Below are positions 28,790 to 39,638 of a DNA stretch of 64,000 nt, one piece after another (position 1 is the first letter of the stretch; each line of letters begins with the position of its first letter). The notes under the pieces are model-generated. The model did no database searches. It was not told where the DNA came from and was given only the letters and a program-made list of their open reading frames with translations. The position numbers and the translations under genes were made by a program. The stretch comes from Candidatus Eiseniibacteriota bacterium (GTDB lineage Bacteria > Eisenbacteria > RBG-16-71-46). The stretch is taken from assembly GCA_963744995.1 (NCBI GenBank), contig CAVUWA010000002.1, positions 800,001-864,000 of the forward strand, written 5' to 3'.

Positions 28790-30670
28790 TCAGCCGCCGC
28801 GCACCTCGATCACGGTGCGCGCTTCGTGGCGGTCGAGGGAGGTCACCAGGCGCTTGGTCGACTCGAGGCGGCCGAAGTCCGAGGCGTGCTCGGCGTTCTC
28901 GAGCGACCACTCGCCGCCGTCGCTCTCGATGCGGGCCACGATGGGCACGGCGAGCGCGCGGCCGTCGTGGGCGGGCACCTCGATCGTCACCCGGCGGCCG
29001 TCGATCTCCACCGACGCGCCCGGCGGCAGCGGGAAGGCCAGGAACGGCGCCGGCCCCTCGACGCGATCGTGCAGCTCGATCCGGCCGGGCCGCACGTCCA
29101 CGTTCCGGAAATGGCGCTCGCCGGTCCACCAGGTGCAGACGGCACCGCGCTCGCCCGTGTCCACGCGGGCGCGGCGTCCCCACAGGAACGCCCCCAGCAT
29201 CTCGCTCTGGCTGCGGTGGCCGAAGTGCGCCGTCGCGTGCGACGGCGTCGCGCGGCAGCGGTCGCGCGCGGCGGGATCGGCGTGATAGGAGAACGTGCCG
29301 GGATCGGCGATCAGCGGCACTGCGCCGGCGTGCACGGTGATCGCGAGCGCATCGGCGTGGCCGTGCGCCGCGAGCGAGCCGTAACCGAGCGGGCCGTGGT
29401 CGAACGTGACCAGCAGGTCGCCGTGGCGCCACGCGGTGTAACCGCCGTCCGCGAAGCGCAGTTCGCCCTGGCGCGGCGGCGTGGCGGGACGCGCGGCGCG
29501 GCCGGTGAGCAGCAGCGCGAGCTCGCGGGCCGAATCGTCGAGCCCCGCCGCGCCTTCGCCGAGCCACGCGGCCAGCGCGCCGCCCACCAGGTCGAGGCGT
29601 GGCGCGTCGAGCTCGGCGAGCAGCACCCGGGCGCCGTCTTCGTCGCCGATCGAGGGCAGCCGCCCGTTCGGCAGCCTGAGGTCGCGGGCGAAGGCGAGGG
29701 TCGCCGCGAGCCGCTCGCGCACCTCGGGACGCGTCGGCCGCCCGGCCGCCTCGGCGGCGACGAGCGGCAGCAGCAGCAGCTCCCAGATGAACGGCAGGTA
29801 GCCGAACGCCTGCTCGGCGGGGACGCCGTCCGGATGGAGCTGGGCGAGCGCTTCGTGTTCGAGCCCGCTCGCGCCGCGCTCGAGGAGCACTGCGGCGTCC
29901 TCGAGTGACGGGTGCATGGCGCCCATCACGGTCATCGCCGCATATTCGGCGATCAGGTGATTGTTGGCGCTCGAGCCGAGACTCAGGTGATCGCGGCAGT
30001 GGAGCGCCTGCTGCGCCATCAGCCCGAGCGCCGCGCGGCGCGTGCCGGGAGCGAGCCGTTCGCCGAGCAGCGCCAGCGTCCACTGCATCGTCATCACCCG
30101 TACCGCCATCTCGATGCCGCTCGTGTAGTGGACGCCGTGGCCGAGCGGATTCTGCTCGTTCCAGTCGGCGAGCCAGCGTTCGCAGCGCGCGGCGAGCGCC
30201 TCGTCGTCACCGAGCCGCGCCGCGAGCGCCAGCGTCGGCAGCATCGTCAACCGGCCGAGCTCCCAGGTCCACTTGACGCCGCCTGCCTCGTCGGCACGCC
30301 GATAGTCGATCCGCCTGGACGAGACGTCGGGCCAGCGGTCGCCCGTCGCATAGTTGCGGTTCCAGTCGGGCGGATCGTCGAGCCGCACGTCCCGGCCGAA
30401 CAGCGACCAGTGCCCCGCGCCGAGACGGCGTCCGGCTTCGAGGACACGAGCCCCCGCGCCCGCCAGGGCGTCGGGATGAGCGAGCCGCGCGGCGCGCCCG
30501 GCGTCGTCGGCCGTCCCCGGCGCGAACAGGCGCTCGGCGGCTTCCAGCGACGTCCACAGCTCCCACGCGGGCGGTGCGAGGCGGGAGCGCAGCAGCGTGC
30601 GCAGGCGGTGGATGATCTCGCTCGCGCTCATGGCGCTCAGCCGCCTCAGGGCCCACGGGACTCCGCTCAA
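28790..30670 (-). CDS. Heparinase II/III-like family protein
   Basis: KWTWELGRL, SSANNH, DHGPLG...AAHGHADAL, DPGTFSY. TTG start after GGAG. Confidence 0.85.
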   Translation of the reverse strand: MSGVPWALRRLSAMSASEIIHRLRTLLRSRLAPPAWELWTSLEAAERLFAPGTADDAGRAARLAHPDALAGAGARVLEAGRRLGAGHWSLFGRDVRLDDPPDWNRNYATGDRWPDVSSRRIDYRRADEAGGVKWTWELGRLTMLPTLALAARLGDDEALAARCERWLADWNEQNPLGHGVHYTSGIEMAVRVMTMQWTLALLGERLAPGTRRAALGLMAQQALHCRDHLSLGSSANNHLIAEYAAMTVMGAMHPSLEDAAVLLERGASGLEHEALAQLHPDGVPAEQAFGYLPFIWELLLLPLVAAEAAGRPTRPEVRERLAATLAFARDLRLPNGRLPSIGDEDGARVLLAELDAPRLDLVGGALAAWLGEGAAGLDDSARELALLLTGRAARPATPPRQGELRFADGGYTAWRHGDLLVTFDHGPLGYGSLAAHGHADALAITVHAGAVPLIADPGTFSYHADPAARDRCRATPSHATAHFGHRSQSEMLGAFLWGRRARVDTGERGAVCTWWTGERHFRNVDVRPGRIELHDRVEGPAPFLAFPLPPGASVEIDGRRVTIEVPAHDGRALAVPIVARIESDGGEWSLENAEHASDFGRLESTKRLVTSLDRHEARTVIEVRGG

Positions 30671-30871
30671 GAGCACGCTCCAGGTGGAAGATCGGACGAA
30701 GGGATCGCCCGATCCTAGCCCGATCCGTTCGTGCACCGCGAACCGGGGAGCGGGCAGGCCTGCAGCTCGCGCACGCCAGCGGCGGCCCGCGCCGCGCCGC
30801 GCGACGGCGAAGCGGCGCCCGCATGCCGCCCCGATCTGGCGGCCCGGGCGGTTCACTGGCATGATGGCGGC

Positions 30872-31591
30872 GTGTCCGCCCATTCGCCCGCCCACGGTTC
30901 CGGCGCCATCGCCTGGCTCTTCGACGTGGACGGCACGCTGCTCACCACCGAGGGTGCGGCCACGCAGTCGTTCTCCCTGGCGCTCCGCGACGTGTTCGGC
31001 ATCGTCGACGACCTCGCGGACGTCCCGTTCGCCGGCCGCATCGAGCCGCTGATCTTCGGCGACGTCGTCGCGAAACACGGGCTGCGCGTGGACGCGGCCG
31101 CCGAGGCGCGCTTCTGGAACGCGGTCTTCGACCACGCCCGGCGTCTCATGGTGCCGCCGCGCGGGCGGCTGATGCCGGGCGTGCCGGACATCGTCGATCG
31201 CGTGGCCGCGCGCGACGGCTGGGTGCCGGGGCTGCTCACCGGAAACATGTCGCAGATGGCGGCGATCAAGCTGCGCCGTTTCGGGCTCGAGAGCCGTTTC
31301 GCGTTCGGCGCATTCGGCGAAATGGCGCAGGACCGGAACGCACTCGCAAGGCTCGCGGTGGCGCGGGTCCACGAGACGCGCGGCATTCCGCCCGCCCGCT
31401 GCGTCGTGATCGGCGACACCGAGCACGACATCGCCTGTGCGCGCGCGGCGGGAGCGCATTCGATCGCGGTCGCAACGGGCTTCACGTCGCGGGCCACGCT
31501 CGCCGCGCACGCGCCGGACCTGCTGCTCGATGATCTGGCGGACCCGGTGCCGCTGTTCGATTGGGCGGAGCGGCTGGCGGCGCGGGTCTGA
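30872..31591 (+). CDS. HAD-superfamily hydrolase (phosphoglycolate-phosphatase-like)
   Basis: LFDVDGTLL, LLTGN, VIGDTEHDI, VATG. Confidence 0.9.
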   Translation: MSAHSPAHGSGAIAWLFDVDGTLLTTEGAATQSFSLALRDVFGIVDDLADVPFAGRIEPLIFGDVVAKHGLRVDAAAEARFWNAVFDHARRLMVPPRGRLMPGVPDIVDRVAARDGWVPGLLTGNMSQMAAIKLRRFGLESRFAFGAFGEMAQDRNALARLAVARVHETRGIPPARCVVIGDTEHDIACARAAGAHSIAVATGFTSRATLAAHAPDLLLDDLADPVPLFDWAERLAARV

Positions 31592-31613
31592 AGCAGCAGC
31601 CGCCGGCGTCGGC

Positions 31614-32234
31614 TCAGCCGCCGTTCTCGTCGAGGTCCCGCCGCGCCGTTTCGAAGAGGTGGAGCGCGGCGTCGAGATCGGTGGCGACCGGCGCCTCGGG
31701 GAACTCGGCGCGCAGCTTCTCCACCGGGCGGTAGAGCACCGGGTAGTCGCACTCCCGCAGGAGCGACATGTCGTTCATGCTGTCGCCCATCGCCGCGACC
31801 GCGAACCCGGCGCTGCGGAATCCGGAGACGATCCGCTCCTTCTGACCGCGGATCCGCAACTTGAACCCGTTGATGCGACCCGAGGTGTCGAGCTCGAAAC
31901 GGTTCGCGAACAGGTTGACGCCGCCGAGCTTGCCGGTGAGCGGGTCCGACAGCTCGTGGAACGTGTCGCTGATGATCACCACGTTGCCCATGCGACGCAG
32001 GCGGGCGATCAGGTCACGGGCGCCGAGGTAGGGCTCGACGGCGTGCGCCACCGACTGCAGCTCGCGCAGCGTGAGGCCGCGCTGTTCGAGCGCGGCGACC
32101 CGGACGTGCATCAGCTCGCTGAAGTCGGCCATGTCGCGGGTGGTGAGCGACAGGTCCGGCAACTCGAAGTGGGCGCCGAGGATCGGCCAGATTTCGGGCG
32201 CGAGCACGCCCTCCAGATCGATGGCGAAGATCAT
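31614..32234 (-). CDS. thrH: Bifunctional phosphoserine phosphatase / homoserine phosphotransferase
   Basis: DLEGVLAPEIW, LTTRD, ISDTF, GDSMNDMSLL. Confidence 0.88.
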   Translation of the reverse strand: MIFAIDLEGVLAPEIWPILGAHFELPDLSLTTRDMADFSELMHVRVAALEQRGLTLRELQSVAHAVEPYLGARDLIARLRRMGNVVIISDTFHELSDPLTGKLGGVNLFANRFELDTSGRINGFKLRIRGQKERIVSGFRSAGFAVAAMGDSMNDMSLLRECDYPVLYRPVEKLRAEFPEAPVATDLDAALHLFETARRDLDENGG

Positions 32235-32347
32235 GAGGCGCAGGAAGATAGCCGTCCGGGCCCGGGTCCGCAAACGGGGCCGGAGAGAGCGCTGGCGGCG
32301 GTCCTGGAGCGGTTGCCGCGGACTGGCATTTTGCCTGCTCCGGCCGA

Positions 32348-32387
32348 TGAATCTTCAGTTGCAAGTCAATATCGCCGAATATATCAT
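32348..32387 (+). promoter_or_regulatory. Sigma70-type promoter TTGCAA-N17-TATCAT of lrp-lat, with adjacent palindrome TGAA-TC-TTCA
   Basis: -35 at 32359-32364, -10 at 32382-32387, ATG 6 nt later; locally AT-rich. Confidence 0.7.
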
Positions 32388-32393
32388 TGCCAC

Positions 32394-32891
32394 ATGGCCA
32401 CAAAGGTGAACATCAGCCAGTCTCTGGACGAGAGGGACCGTCAGATCCTCGGACTCGTGCAGCGTGACGCCCGGCTCGCGCAGGCGGAGATCGCGCGCCG
32501 CGTCGGGCTCTCGCCGGCCGCCGTCAACGAGCGTCTCAAGAAGCTCGAGAACGCCGGCGTGATCCGGCGCTCGGTAGCCATCGTGGATCCGCAGGCGGTG
32601 GGCGTCACGGTGACCGCGTTCGTCGAAGTGTTCATGGAGCATCCGCGCTTCGAGAGTCCGTTCCTCGATCACGTGCTCCAGCTCGAAGAAGTCCAGGAGT
32701 GCCATCACATCACCGGCGAGTTTTCGCTGCTGCTCAAGGTGCGCGTCGCCGACATGGAGTCGCTGCGCGACCTGCTGCTGCACCATTTCAACGGCATGGA
32801 CGGTGTCCGTCAGACCCGGACCATCATGGTCCTCTCCACCGTCAAGGAGGAGACGTACGTGGCGACGGGTGCAAAAGGAGAGATGCCATGA
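32394..32891 (+). CDS. Lrp/AsnC family transcriptional regulator
   Basis: LDERDRQILGLVQRDAR..AEIARRVGLS HTH, VQECHHITGE, GVRQTRT. Confidence 0.93.
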   Translation: MATKVNISQSLDERDRQILGLVQRDARLAQAEIARRVGLSPAAVNERLKKLENAGVIRRSVAIVDPQAVGVTVTAFVEVFMEHPRFESPFLDHVLQLEEVQECHHITGEFSLLLKVRVADMESLRDLLLHHFNGMDGVRQTRTIMVLSTVKEETYVATGAKGEMP

Positions 32892-34243
32892 ACGCGAAGA
32901 AGAAGACCGGGGCGATCGCCCCGGGCGACGTCCACGAGGTCCTGCACCGCCACATGCTGGCCGACGGCTACGACCTCGTCCTCGACCTCGAGAAGAGCCA
33001 CGGGCGCCAGCTCTACGACTCGCGCCACGACCGCTGGCTGCTGGACATGTTCTCTGCGTTCGCCACGCTGCCGGTGGGCTTCAATCATCCGAAGCTCGAA
33101 GATCCGGATTTTCAGCGCAAGCTGCTGCGCGCGGCGCTCACCAACCCGGCCAACTCGGACCTCTATACGATCGAGCTGGCGGAATTCGTGCAGGCGTTCG
33201 AGACGTACGCGATGCCCGGCTACCTGCCGCACCTGTTCCTGGTGGCCGGCGGCTCGATGGGCGTCGAGAACGCGCTCAAGGCCGCCTTCGACTGGAAGGT
33301 GCGCCGCAACCTCCGCAAAGGGCTGAAGACCGAGAAGGGTCATCAGGTGATCCACTTCAAGGGCGCCTTCCACGGGCGCTCGGGCTACACGCTGTCGCTC
33401 ACCAATACGTTCGACCCGCGCAAGTACCAGTACTTCCCGCGCTTCGACTGGCCGCGGATCACGAACCCGATGCTGCGCTTCCCGGTGGACGAGGCCGAGG
33501 TCGAGCGCGTGAAGCAGGCCGAGGCGCAGGCGGCGGGCGAAATCAAGCGCGCGCTGCACGAAAATCCCGACGACGTCGCCTGCATCCTGATCGAGCCCGT
33601 TCAGGCGGAGGGCGGCGACCATCACTTCCGGCCCGAGTTCATGCGCACCCTGCGGCAGCTCGCCGACGAAAACGACGTCATGCTGATCTTCGACGAAGTG
33701 CAGACCGGCATGGGCCTCACCGGCCGCATGTGGGCGCATCAGCACACCGACGTGCGGCCCGACGCGATCGCGTTCGGCAAGAAGGCGCAGGTCTGCGGCA
33801 TGATGGCCGGACCGCGCTTCGACGACGAGCCCGAGAACGTGTTCAAGGTATCGAGCCGCATCAACTCGACCTGGGGCGGGAACCTGGTGGACATGGTGCG
33901 CAGCCAGCGCTATCTCGAAATCATGGCCGAGGAGAAGCTGATCGAGAACGCCGCCACGGTGGGGGCCCACCTGCTCGCCGGGCTTCAGCGCATGCAGGCC
34001 GACGATCCGGAGACGTTCAGCAATGCACGGGGCGTGGGTCTCATGTGCGCCATCGACCTGCCCGACACGGCGACGCGCGGCGTCACGCGGGAAAAGGCCT
34101 ACGAGATGGGCATGCTGATCCTGCCGTGCGGCGAGCGCTCGTTGCGCTTCCGCCCGCCGCTCGACGTGACCAGGGAAGAGGCCGACCAGGCGCTGGAGAT
34201 CCTCGCCGAAGCCGCACGCAAGGCGCGCGTGCGCTCGGCCTAG
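32888..34243 (+). CDS. lat: L-lysine 6-transaminase (class III PLP aminotransferase)
   Basis: VENALKAAFDWK, AFHGRSGYTLSLTNT, IFDEVQTG, FGKKAQV, SSRINSTWGGNL. Follows an Lrp gene, as in the mycobacterial lrpA-lat pair. Confidence 0.93.
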   Translation: MNAKKKTGAIAPGDVHEVLHRHMLADGYDLVLDLEKSHGRQLYDSRHDRWLLDMFSAFATLPVGFNHPKLEDPDFQRKLLRAALTNPANSDLYTIELAEFVQAFETYAMPGYLPHLFLVAGGSMGVENALKAAFDWKVRRNLRKGLKTEKGHQVIHFKGAFHGRSGYTLSLTNTFDPRKYQYFPRFDWPRITNPMLRFPVDEAEVERVKQAEAQAAGEIKRALHENPDDVACILIEPVQAEGGDHHFRPEFMRTLRQLADENDVMLIFDEVQTGMGLTGRMWAHQHTDVRPDAIAFGKKAQVCGMMAGPRFDDEPENVFKVSSRINSTWGGNLVDMVRSQRYLEIMAEEKLIENAATVGAHLLAGLQRMQADDPETFSNARGVGLMCAIDLPDTATRGVTREKAYEMGMLILPCGERSLRFRPPLDVTREEADQALEILAEAARKARVRSA

Positions 34244-34269
34244 GTTCCGTCTGAGAGCGTTTCCGTTCG

Positions 34270-34302
34270 GGCCGCCGGTCTTCGGGCCGGCGGCCTTTCT
34301 TT
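34270..34302 (+). terminator. Intrinsic terminator
   Basis: GGCCGCCGGTC-TTCG-GGCCGGCGGCC then TTTCTTT. Confidence 0.9.
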
Positions 34303-34334
34303 CGGCCGCGCGCCCGGTCCCGTAGGATGCGCGC

Positions 34335-35828
34335 ATGAACGCTTCCCGACCCCTGCGCGATTCCGCGGCCGTGGTGCTGGTCCGCGGGGCCGGAGAGGCG
34401 CTCGAGACGTTCTGGACCCTGCGCGGCGACGCGGTGAGCTTCATGCCGGGGTTCCGCTCGTTCATCGGGGGCAAGGTCGACGCCGAGGACGCCGATCTCG
34501 AAGTCGCCGGCGCCCGCGACGACGCCGAGCGCATGCTCATGGCCTGCGCGATCCGCGAAGCGTTCGAAGAGGCCGGCGTGCTGGTCGCGCTCGACGGCAC
34601 GCCGTCGCTCGAGGCGGCCGCCGAGGCGCGCGCGCAGCTGCTCGCGGGCGCCGCGCGGTTCCCGGACCTCGCCCGCGCGCGCGGCTGGCGTTTCCGCGCC
34701 GACGGGCTGGCGTTCGCCGGGCGCTGGCAGACGCCGCCGTTCTCCGCCCTGCGCTTCGATACCGTGTACTACGTCGCGCGCGTACCGGACGGCCAGTCGC
34801 CTTCGATCGTGCCCGGCGAGCTCGCGAGCGGAGAATGGGTGCGGCCGATCATCGCGCTCGATCGCTGGCGGCACGGCGAGGGCACCTTCGCGGCGCCGAT
34901 CCTGTGGACGCTGATCGCACTCGCCGAGGGCGACGCGGATCTCGGCGGGCGCCTCGCGCTCGGGCCCGAGCGCGCGCACACCCCGGTCCGGCGGATCGAA
35001 CTGCGCTGGGGGATCGTCCTCCACCCGATGAAAACACGGCCCCTGCCGCCTGCCACCCACACCAACACCTACCTCGTCGGCGAGCGCGAGATGATGCTCG
35101 TGGACCCGGGCGGCGACGAGCCCGCCGATCTCGAGGCGCTGTTCGCGTTGCTCGATGCGCTCGCCAGCGAAGGCCGCACGCTCAAGCTGATCGTCGCGAC
35201 GCATCACCACGCGGACCACGTGGCCGGAATCGAGGCCGTGCGCAGGCGTCATCCGGTGCCGGTCGCGGCGCATGCCGAGACCGCGAAACGCGTCCGCGCC
35301 GACTTCACGGTCGCGGACGGCGAGTGGCTGCCGCTCGCGCCAGGGCTGGGCGACTGGAACCTCCAGGCCATTCACACGCCCGGCCACGCGCGCGGCCACC
35401 TGTGCCTGTGGCACCCGCGCACGCGCTCGCTGTTCACGGGCGACCACATTCCGGGCGGGCGCGGCACGGTGATCGTGGACCCGCCCGACGGGAACATGGG
35501 CGACTACATGCGCTCGCTCGAGCGCCTCGCCGGACTGGGTGCCAGCGCGCTGTTCCCCGGGCACGGCTCGCCGCAGGGCGCCGTCGAGCGCCGGATCCGC
35601 GGGCTGCTCGCGCACCGCCTGGAGCGCGAGGCGAAGGTGCTGGCCGCGCTGGGCGCGACGCCGGCGACGCCGCGGGGGCTGGTCGAGCGCGCCTACGCGG
35701 ACACGAAGCGTGATCTGTGGGGCTACGCCGAGCGCTCGCTCATCGCGCACCTCGAGAAGCTCGAGGCCGAGGGCCGTGCGATGCGGACGCCGGACGGACG
35801 CTGGGCGGCGGTTCGATCCGGCGCCTGA
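34335..35828 (+). CDS. NUDIX hydrolase fused to an MBL-fold (LACTB2-like) metallo-hydrolase
   Basis: GGKVD...AIREAFEEAGV Nudix box, THHHADH, TPGHARGH, TGDH, PGHG, winged-helix tail AHLEKL. Confidence 0.9.
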   Translation: MNASRPLRDSAAVVLVRGAGEALETFWTLRGDAVSFMPGFRSFIGGKVDAEDADLEVAGARDDAERMLMACAIREAFEEAGVLVALDGTPSLEAAAEARAQLLAGAARFPDLARARGWRFRADGLAFAGRWQTPPFSALRFDTVYYVARVPDGQSPSIVPGELASGEWVRPIIALDRWRHGEGTFAAPILWTLIALAEGDADLGGRLALGPERAHTPVRRIELRWGIVLHPMKTRPLPPATHTNTYLVGEREMMLVDPGGDEPADLEALFALLDALASEGRTLKLIVATHHHADHVAGIEAVRRRHPVPVAAHAETAKRVRADFTVADGEWLPLAPGLGDWNLQAIHTPGHARGHLCLWHPRTRSLFTGDHIPGGRGTVIVDPPDGNMGDYMRSLERLAGLGASALFPGHGSPQGAVERRIRGLLAHRLEREAKVLAALGATPATPRGLVERAYADTKRDLWGYAERSLIAHLEKLEAEGRAMRTPDGRWAAVRSGA

Positions 35829-35843
35829 AGCGCGTTCGCCGAC

Positions 35844-36926
35844 TCAGGCGACGAGCCGGCGTTCCCCGCCGGAGGCCTGGAGCGGAACCCGGATGATGAA
35901 ACGCACGCCGGAAGGATCCGCTTCCGCCCGGAGATCGCCGCCGTTCTGCACCGCGGACTCCATGGCGATCGCGAGCCCGAGGCCGTGTCCTTCGGAGTGG
36001 TGATCGAGATCTTTCACCCAGAACGGCGTGAACGCCTCGCGCAGCATCTCCGCATCCGGCATGGGCCCCTCGTTCTCGACCATGATCTCGGCGACTCCGC
36101 CGTTGCGGCTCACGACCACGCGGATCCGGCCGCCGGCCGGCGTCGCGGCCAGCGCGTTCTCGAAGATTTCGCCGAAGGTGTTCTGGACGAACCTGCCGTC
36201 GACTTCGACGATGGTCTGCGCGTCGAGCTCCGCTTCGAGGCTCAGCCCGCGGGTGCGGATCGCTTCCTGCACTGCATTCAGCCGGTCGCGGATGACCGTC
36301 TCGAGCAGGGTCGGCGCCGGCGCGCCCTCGCTCCTGCCCGTGCGCAGGTTGTTGAGCATCACGGTGCGATCGATGAGGCGCCGCAGCCGTCCCGATGCCT
36401 GATGCGCCATCTCGACCAGCTCGCTCTGCCGCGCCGTCATCGAGTCGCCGCTCGACAGGAGCTCGAGCGCGCCGGCGATGATCGAGATCGGCGTCTGGGT
36501 CTCGTGCCTGAGGAGCGTGATCAGTGCGCCCCGCATCTGTTCCACCTCTTCCACGGATTTGAGCCGCGAGTAGACCCGCACCTTCGCCAGCAGCTCGTCG
36601 GCGCTGAACGGTTTCGTCAGGTAGTCGTCGGCGCCGGCCTGATAGCCCTCCAGCCGCTCACGGGTCATGGCTCTCGCGGAGACCATGATCACCTTCGGGA
36701 ACCCGGCGATCCGCCCCGCGCGCAGCCTGCGGCACGTCTCGTAGCCGTCGATGCCCGGCATCATGATGTCGAGCAGGATGAGATCCGGCCGGAACGACGC
36801 GGCGATCTCGAGCGCCTCCTCACCGCTGGTGGTGCTGCTATGGAGATAGGCGTCGCCCAGGATCTTCTCCATGATGAAGAGGTTCCGGGGATTGTCGTCA
36901 ACGAGCAGGACGCGCTGCAGTCTCAT
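35844..36926 (-). CDS. Receiver + HisKA + HATPase hybrid response regulator/kinase
   Basis: [38 protein letters not shown]. Confidence 0.9.
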   Translation of the reverse strand: MRLQRVLLVDDNPRNLFIMEKILGDAYLHSSTTSGEEALEIAASFRPDLILLDIMMPGIDGYETCRRLRAGRIAGFPKVIMVSARAMTRERLEGYQAGADDYLTKPFSADELLAKVRVYSRLKSVEEVEQMRGALITLLRHETQTPISIIAGALELLSSGDSMTARQSELVEMAHQASGRLRRLIDRTVMLNNLRTGRSEGAPAPTLLETVIRDRLNAVQEAIRTRGLSLEAELDAQTIVEVDGRFVQNTFGEIFENALAATPAGGRIRVVVSRNGGVAEIMVENEGPMPDAEMLREAFTPFWVKDLDHHSEGHGLGLAIAMESAVQNGGDLRAEADPSGVRFIIRVPLQASGGERRLVA

Positions 36927-38284
36927 GGGGCGCACTCCCCGACGGCGTTCGCGGAGCCGGCGCGAGCCGGCGGCACTTCCTGCGGATCGATCGGGAATTC
37001 GAGATGGAACGCGGTTCCCGTCTCGGTGTTTTGGGCCCAGATGCGGCCGTCGTGATCGACGACGATCTGACGCGAGATCGCCAGACCCAGCCCCGTACCG
37101 CCGGCGCCGCTCTTGGTCTTGCTCGACTGCACGAATTTGTCGAACACGGACTCCAGCTCTTCCTCCGGAATCCCGGGGCCGTCGTCCGTGATCGTGATGC
37201 AGGCCCGGGGAGGATCCTTCGTGAGACCCGCGGAGAGGGTGATCCGGGTGCGGGCGAACCGCATCGCGTTGCTGATGACGTTGCGGACGACCTGTGCGAG
37301 GCGGGTCGGGTCGCCGACGAAAGGGATGCTCTCGATCGTGGCGGGCGTCTCGAGGGTCAGCTGGCGTTCGAGGAGTCGTCCCTCGAATTCTTCGGCCACC
37401 TGGTGAACGGTGTCGATCAGGTCCATCCGCGCCAGCTCGTAGACCGTGCGCCCGGACTCCAGTCGCGACAGGTCCAGGAGGTCGTTCAGCAGCGTCAGCA
37501 GCATGCTGCCGCTGTCGTGGATGTGCTCGAAATACCGCACGTACGACGCATCGGGGTGCCGCTCCGCGGCTTCGCGGCGGCCGAAGTCGGCGAAGCTCAG
37601 AACGCCGTGCAGGGGCGTACGCAGCTCGTGCGACATGTTGGCGAGGAACTCGCTCTTGGCGCGATTCGCGCTCTCGGCCTGTTCCTTGGCCTGGCGCAGG
37701 GCGAGGTTGGCTTCGGTGAGCGCGGCCGTGCGCCGCCGCACCTCCAGTTCGAGCTTCTGCTCGTCGACCTTCCGGTCGCTCACGTTGCGGATGATGATCA
37801 GGATCACGTCGCCGACCTGCGGGAGCAGGCGGGCCTCGTAGTAGTGCTCGCGGGTGCCGTGATTCAGGGAGTACTCGATCGACACCGGACCCTGCGACTC
37901 ACGGACGACATCGAGCGCGTTGACGAACGCCACGCTGGCGGAGGCATTTGGCACGGACTGCACGAAGCGGCCGCGCAGATCGATGTCCTTGCGCAGGAGG
38001 TCGTCGGTCTTTCCCACGAGATAGCTCAGGATGCGGCCGTCGGCCGAGATCCAGAGCAGGAGGTCGGGAATGGCCTGCAGGATGCCCTGGATCTCCGAGT
38101 TCACCTGCATCAGCTCGTTGGAGCTGATCTCGATCGAGCGCTCGAGCAGGTGTCGGTCGCGGTCGGCGCCGTCGTAGGTAGCGCTCACGGCCTCCAGCAG
38201 TCGCTCCAGCGGCGGCGGCATCCCGTCGGTCGGGCCCAGGTACCTGGCGACCTGGCGGGCCAGTGTGGGGTGGACGTCGTTCAT
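36923..38284 (-). CDS. Cytoplasmic PAS-domain sensor histidine kinase
   Basis: AIPDLL PAS start, [36 protein letters not shown] overlap with the FIST gene. Confidence 0.92.
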   Translation of the reverse strand: MNDVHPTLARQVARYLGPTDGMPPPLERLLEAVSATYDGADRDRHLLERSIEISSNELMQVNSEIQGILQAIPDLLLWISADGRILSYLVGKTDDLLRKDIDLRGRFVQSVPNASASVAFVNALDVVRESQGPVSIEYSLNHGTREHYYEARLLPQVGDVILIIIRNVSDRKVDEQKLELEVRRRTAALTEANLALRQAKEQAESANRAKSEFLANMSHELRTPLHGVLSFADFGRREAAERHPDASYVRYFEHIHDSGSMLLTLLNDLLDLSRLESGRTVYELARMDLIDTVHQVAEEFEGRLLERQLTLETPATIESIPFVGDPTRLAQVVRNVISNAMRFARTRITLSAGLTKDPPRACITITDDGPGIPEEELESVFDKFVQSSKTKSGAGGTGLGLAISRQIVVDHDGRIWAQNTETGTAFHLEFPIDPQEVPPARAGSANAVGECAP

Positions 38285-39423
38285 GCCGCCCGTTCTCGAA
38301 GGGTCGTGACGCACATGGTCTGGTTGTTGAGCTCGCAGCGCGAGCCGCCGTGGACGGGGGAGATCTCCCCGTACGAATAGAAGCCGGTCAGCGGCGTGTC
38401 GTTCCCGAGCACTTCGCGAACCGCGTCGATCTCCTCCTCGATCCGCTGGCCGAGGACCATCTTGCGGCCGACGCAGCTGATGAGCAGAGCCAGCTGTGCG
38501 GACCCGTCGGCGTGCACCGGCGTCGTCGCCTGCGCGGCATCGTGCGCCCCGGAAATCAGCCGGTCGAAGTTGGAGCACATCAGGCGCGCGCTGGAGCCCT
38601 GAGTCACGTCGCCCGCGAACGTCAGCGCGCCGGCCTCCTCGTCGATGCCGAGCAGCGTCCGCACCACTGCCGGCTCGCCGTCGTCCATCACGACGCTCAG
38701 CGGGAACAGCAGGCCCGTCGCCGGCAGGCCGTCTGCATAATCGCCGAGGTATGTGCGGTACAGATCCAGCGCCGGTTTGCCGTCGAACTCGAAGACGACG
38801 TTGCCTTCCGCTCGGGTCACCCGGCGCAGGGGACCGAAGGGGTCCCACCCGCCCATGGCGGAGAATCCCACGTCGAGGGCTCTGCCGTAGAAGCCGACCG
38901 CCACGACCGAACGGTCGTGCAGGGTGTCGTTCCAGAGCACGCGTGTCGTGCCGAAGCGCTCGCCGTCGCCCGAGAGCCCCCCGGTGACACGGACGGATGC
39001 GGGCAGAGCGGCGGTGAGGCCGCGCACCAGCTGACTGCCGTTGACGTTGAGACCGTCCGACAGCACCACCACGTGTCGGAGGTCGTCGCCGAGGAGCCGC
39101 GCTCCGATGCGCAGACCGATGCCTTCGCTGTCATCGGGGTCGCGGAGGGTCTCGATGGTGCCGCGGGCTTCCGACGCGGAAAATCGTATCGCCGTGCTGA
39201 CCACGGTGTCGTCGAGCACCCGAGGTCCGGCGATCTCTCCGGCGGTCGTACAGCCGACGATCAGCGCGTCCGGGTGTGACGCCCGCAGATCGGACAGCAC
39301 CCTGTTCTTCGCGAGCGCATCACGGCCTCCGAAGACGAGAACCAGATCGGCCCCGGCGTCCCCGGCGCTCCGCGCCCCCTGCCAGCCGGAGGACTCCGCC
39401 CGGATCGATTGTGAAATCTTCAT
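38281..39423 (-). CDS. FIST N/C domain signal-sensing protein
   Basis: [50 protein letters not shown]. Confidence 0.92.
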   Translation of the reverse strand: MKISQSIRAESSGWQGARSAGDAGADLVLVFGGRDALAKNRVLSDLRASHPDALIVGCTTAGEIAGPRVLDDTVVSTAIRFSASEARGTIETLRDPDDSEGIGLRIGARLLGDDLRHVVVLSDGLNVNGSQLVRGLTAALPASVRVTGGLSGDGERFGTTRVLWNDTLHDRSVVAVGFYGRALDVGFSAMGGWDPFGPLRRVTRAEGNVVFEFDGKPALDLYRTYLGDYADGLPATGLLFPLSVVMDDGEPAVVRTLLGIDEEAGALTFAGDVTQGSSARLMCSNFDRLISGAHDAAQATTPVHADGSAQLALLISCVGRKMVLGQRIEEEIDAVREVLGNDTPLTGFYSYGEISPVHGGSRCELNNQTMCVTTLRERAA

Positions 39424-39638
39424 CGACACACCCTCCAGGGCGCCCGTCCGGCGGACGCGGCCGCAGCGCTGCGCTCCGCGCCGGTCGGACCACCGGCCGG
39501 AAGGAGGCCGGCACGAGCACGGCCATCCCGGCGACCGAACGGCTCAGGTCGCCGGGGATCCGTCCGTCCAATGCGTCCCATCCCCGGGGTCATCGTGTCC
39601 TCTCGGGTTCGGCGGCCAGGCCGCATGATTCCCGGAGG

